Below, piece by piece: positions 16,751 to 19,583 of a stretch of DNA of 19,583 nt; position 1 is the first letter of the stretch; every line of letters begins with the position of its first letter. The position numbers and the translations under genes were made by a program. Origin of the DNA: Pseudobdellovibrionaceae bacterium (GTDB taxonomy: Bacteria; Bdellovibrionota; Bdellovibrionia; Bdellovibrionales; Bdellovibrionaceae); assembly GCA_044359815.1 (NCBI GenBank), contig JBIKLL010000051.1, positions 1 through 19,583 of the forward strand, written 5' to 3'. The notes beneath the pieces are model-generated. The model worked only from the letters and a program-made list of their open reading frames with translations. It had not been told where the DNA came from and ran no database searches.

Positions 16751-18235
16751 CTAATAAACGCCTTCAAGACGGCATCTAAGCGGCAATAGGGTTTCATCAA
16801 GCTTGCTTATGTTTTCAGCCCCCAAATTAAAAATATACAAAGAATTGGTTTTGGAATTCTCTTGTATCGGTTGCCCATAGGTTAAAACGATTTTATCCCC
16901 TGTCTTGGCTAATCCATAACTTACCAGCAGCTTTTCAACCTGATTTTTAACTTCATCCAGGGATGAATAAGGCAAAATAGGTAAAGTCTGAATCCCCCAA
17001 ATCAGTTCTAGCTTATTTAAAGTTGGAAACTGATCTGTAACCGCAATGATTCTGGCTTTTGGGCGAAAGCCAGAAATTATCTGAGCAGTTTTTCCAGAAG
17101 TGGTCAGACAAACAATCACTTTCGCTTCGATCTTTAGAGCGCTTAAACTTCCTGACGCAGCGATGGCTGCGGCCGTAGATAAAAATTCATTTTCCAAACT
17201 GATTTTATAATACTTTTCCTGATTGTCTTCGACCTCTTTAATGATTTCGTGCATGGTCCTAATACATTTAAAAGGGTACTTTCCACTGGCTGTTTCTGCA
17301 GATAACATCAGGGCATCTGAACCATCCAATACAGCGTTAGCTATATCAGTGATTTCAGCCCTGGTAGGCCTGGGATTTTCAACCATACTATCAAGCATTT
17401 GAGTGGCAGTGATAACCGGCTTGTTCAGCAAATTACACAAATGAATAATTTGTTTTTGCATGGCCGGCAGTCGGCTTTGCCCTACTTCAACAGCCAAATC
17501 ACCGCGAGCAACCATCACAGCATCAGACAGTCTGACTATGTCTTCCAGATTTTCGATAGCTTCCAGCATTTCAATTTTGGCACAGATCTTTGTTGATGGA
17601 TTTTTAGCATCAATAAGTTCCCTCAATTTACGAATGTCTTTACCTGATCTAACAAAACTCAAAGCAACGTAATCAACGTTTTCATTCAGACCAAATTCTA
17701 AGTCTTTTAGATCTTTCTCTGTCAAGCAATCGACTTGTAATCTTTCATTGGGGACATTCATCCCTTTGCGATCTTTTAGGATACCACCATAGATAACTTC
17801 AGCAATGACTTCATCATTTTTAATGTCGACGACCTTAAGCTCTAACAATCCATCGTCTAATAAAATTTTAGATCCCACAGAAACTGATTTTGCAAGATCA
17901 GGAAAGTCACTCGGTATCAGGCCAACGTCACCAACCACAGATTTCATTGTGATCGTAACCTTTTCGCCTTGTTTTATAGGTATAGACCCATTCTTAAATT
18001 TCCCCACTCTGATTTTTGGACCCTGCAGATCCTGCAAAATAGTTAGTGGTGCTTGCAATGATGTTGAAAGCGTTCTTAGGTTTTGAATTACTTTTAAATG
18101 ATCTTCGTGATTACCATGGCTGAAATTCAGTCGGGCTACATTCATCCCCGCTCTAATTGCATTTTCTAGAGCTTCTTTTGCTTGCGTCGATGGGCCAATA
18201 GTTGCAACGATTTTTACCCTTCGATCCGCCAACAT
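16751..18235 (-). CDS. pyk: Pyruvate kinase
   Basis: KIVATIGP, ARLNFSHG, DLQGPKIR, AKIE, MVARGDL, ATQMLDSM, PTRAE and MLSAETASG motifs. Confidence 0.97.
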   Translation of the reverse strand: MLADRRVKIVATIGPSTQAKEALENAIRAGMNVARLNFSHGNHEDHLKVIQNLRTLSTSLQAPLTILQDLQGPKIRVGKFKNGSIPIKQGEKVTITMKSVVGDVGLIPSDFPDLAKSVSVGSKILLDDGLLELKVVDIKNDEVIAEVIYGGILKDRKGMNVPNERLQVDCLTEKDLKDLEFGLNENVDYVALSFVRSGKDIRKLRELIDAKNPSTKICAKIEMLEAIENLEDIVRLSDAVMVARGDLAVEVGQSRLPAMQKQIIHLCNLLNKPVITATQMLDSMVENPRPTRAEITDIANAVLDGSDALMLSAETASGKYPFKCIRTMHEIIKEVEDNQEKYYKISLENEFLSTAAAIAASGSLSALKIEAKVIVCLTTSGKTAQIISGFRPKARIIAVTDQFPTLNKLELIWGIQTLPILPYSSLDEVKNQVEKLLVSYGLAKTGDKIVLTYGQPIQENSKTNSLYIFNLGAENISKLDETLLPLRCRLEGVY

Positions 18236-18240
18236 TCAAA

Positions 18241-19583
18241 TCACCCTTTTCTGCTGTAGTAATTTATTTTACCAGACAATGCTTGCATTTGCTCCTGGTG
18301 CTTTTTTTCAATACGATCTAAATCTTTTTGATGAGCATCATGTAGCTGCGCCATCTTGTTCTGAAATTTCATTTCCTGTGACTCTAAAGTTTGTTCAACA
18401 GCTTTTTCCCGAACTTCGCTTTTTTGCTGAAACAAATCTTGCTGTCGCTTTATTTCATTTTTATGAACCTCGTCTTTAATTGCAATTTCTTTTTCATACT
18501 GATCTATAGTAGTTGAATATTTGGTTTGATTTTTCCGTTCTTGATCTCTGAGCTTTTTTTCCATCTTCAAATACTGATCTTTAATAACATCTATTTGAGC
18601 AATCCGTTGATCTGCCAATCTGTCAGCCTGCACGTTTTTCAGATTATCAATACTTTTTCTGTGCATTTTTTCTTGCAGCGATTGAGTCTCGGTAGTGGTC
18701 TTCATGATTTTGCCAATACGATCTTCCGTGTTGTTTTTAACGTAATCAATCTCCCCCTCATAGTTAGAGATCAATTGATTTCTATCCTGGCGATTTCTTG
18801 TTAACATAATATTTTGTTCCAACTTATGTTTACGGCTAGTATCAGAAAGCATTTTATCAGAACGATCGATTACGTCGTTAACACGCGATCTGGCTTTGTC
18901 GTTAACGACATCAGTGATCGCTTCCTTTTGGAAATTTAAATCTTTAAATCGATCATCATAGGCTCGCTTAACATTTTTTAATTCTAAATTGGTAAGCCTT
19001 TGACCCTTGACCTGATTGGCGTTGTATTCATGCTTAGCTTCAGCTGCTTTAAGCTCGGCACTTCTCACTCGCTTTTCCATATACCCAATGGATTGTTCTT
19101 TTAGGCGATCACGGTAATTATCAAAGTCTTTAACCTTTTTATTAAGCTCTTCTGCATAACGTTTTCTTAGATTTTCTTTTTCACTTTGCAGGATTTTGTC
19201 ACGGGCTGATAAAACTGTGTCAGTTTCTTTCTGGGAAGTGTTATAAACTGTCATCCAATTTTCATTGGTCTGCGCGATCTTATTGTCAGATTGTCGTTTC
19301 TGGTCTTTTAGTTGAGTTTTTAAAGCCCTTGCTGTTTCGTCATTGTGATTGGTCAGTGACATGACTTTTTGGTCACGGTCTTGGACCAGGGCCTTTAACT
19401 CCTTGTTAAATTTTTCATTCAGCTTGCGAGCCTGAGTTTCAATGGCTTTTCGCATTCCGTCTCTGGATTGTTCTGCATACTCAAAAAAGTTTTTTTCTTG
19501 TTCTTGATGACTGGCATCGAATTCTTTTTTCAGCAATTCACGCTGTTGCCTGTTGATATTCCGCTCTTTGTCCAATTCGTTTG
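18241..19583 (-). CDS. Long coiled-coil protein, 5'-truncated by the window edge
   Basis: E/K/Q/R-rich and proline-free helical sequence over more than 440 aa. The reading frame stays open past TTG 19575 to the window end, and the stop is 5 nt from the pyk start. Confidence 0.8.
   Translation of the reverse strand, partial: NELDKERNINRQQRELLKKEFDASHQEQEKNFFEYAEQSRDGMRKAIETQARKLNEKFNKELKALVQDRDQKVMSLTNHNDETARALKTQLKDQKRQSDNKIAQTNENWMTVYNTSQKETDTVLSARDKILQSEKENLRKRYAEELNKKVKDFDNYRDRLKEQSIGYMEKRVRSAELKAAEAKHEYNANQVKGQRLTNLELKNVKRAYDDRFKDLNFQKEAITDVVNDKARSRVNDVIDRSDKMLSDTSRKHKLEQNIMLTRNRQDRNQLISNYEGEIDYVKNNTEDRIGKIMKTTTETQSLQEKMHRKSIDNLKNVQADRLADQRIAQIDVIKDQYLKMEKKLRDQERKNQTKYSTTIDQYEKEIAIKDEVHKNEIKRQQDLFQQKSEVREKAVEQTLESQEMKFQNKMAQLHDAHQKDLDRIEKKHQEQMQALSGKINYYSRKG

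Overview
A mostly core-genome bacterial window of moderately low GC. Protein content and gene order suggest Bdellovibrionota or another deltaproteobacteria-like lineage (inference, not verified). It contains miaB, a tilS-ftsH-cdaA-cdaR-glmM cluster, an aldehyde dehydrogenase, a DUF4097-like secreted protein, an atoB-scoA-scoB acetoacetate/CoA-transferase operon, a cNMP-binding protein, a lipoprotein, pyk, a partial coiled-coil gene and several hypotheticals. The most striking signal is non-coding. The two largest intergenic gaps (1967-2346 and 14593-14913) are each a giant fold-back with perfect 45-bp inner arms. The arm sequences are unrelated between the two sites, but both enclose a homologous GC-rich multi-hairpin core with compensatory changes and GGA-type loops (shared GAAGCAGGA). 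This looks like a family of dispersed structured elements whose mirror symmetry also reaches into the flanking coding sequence.
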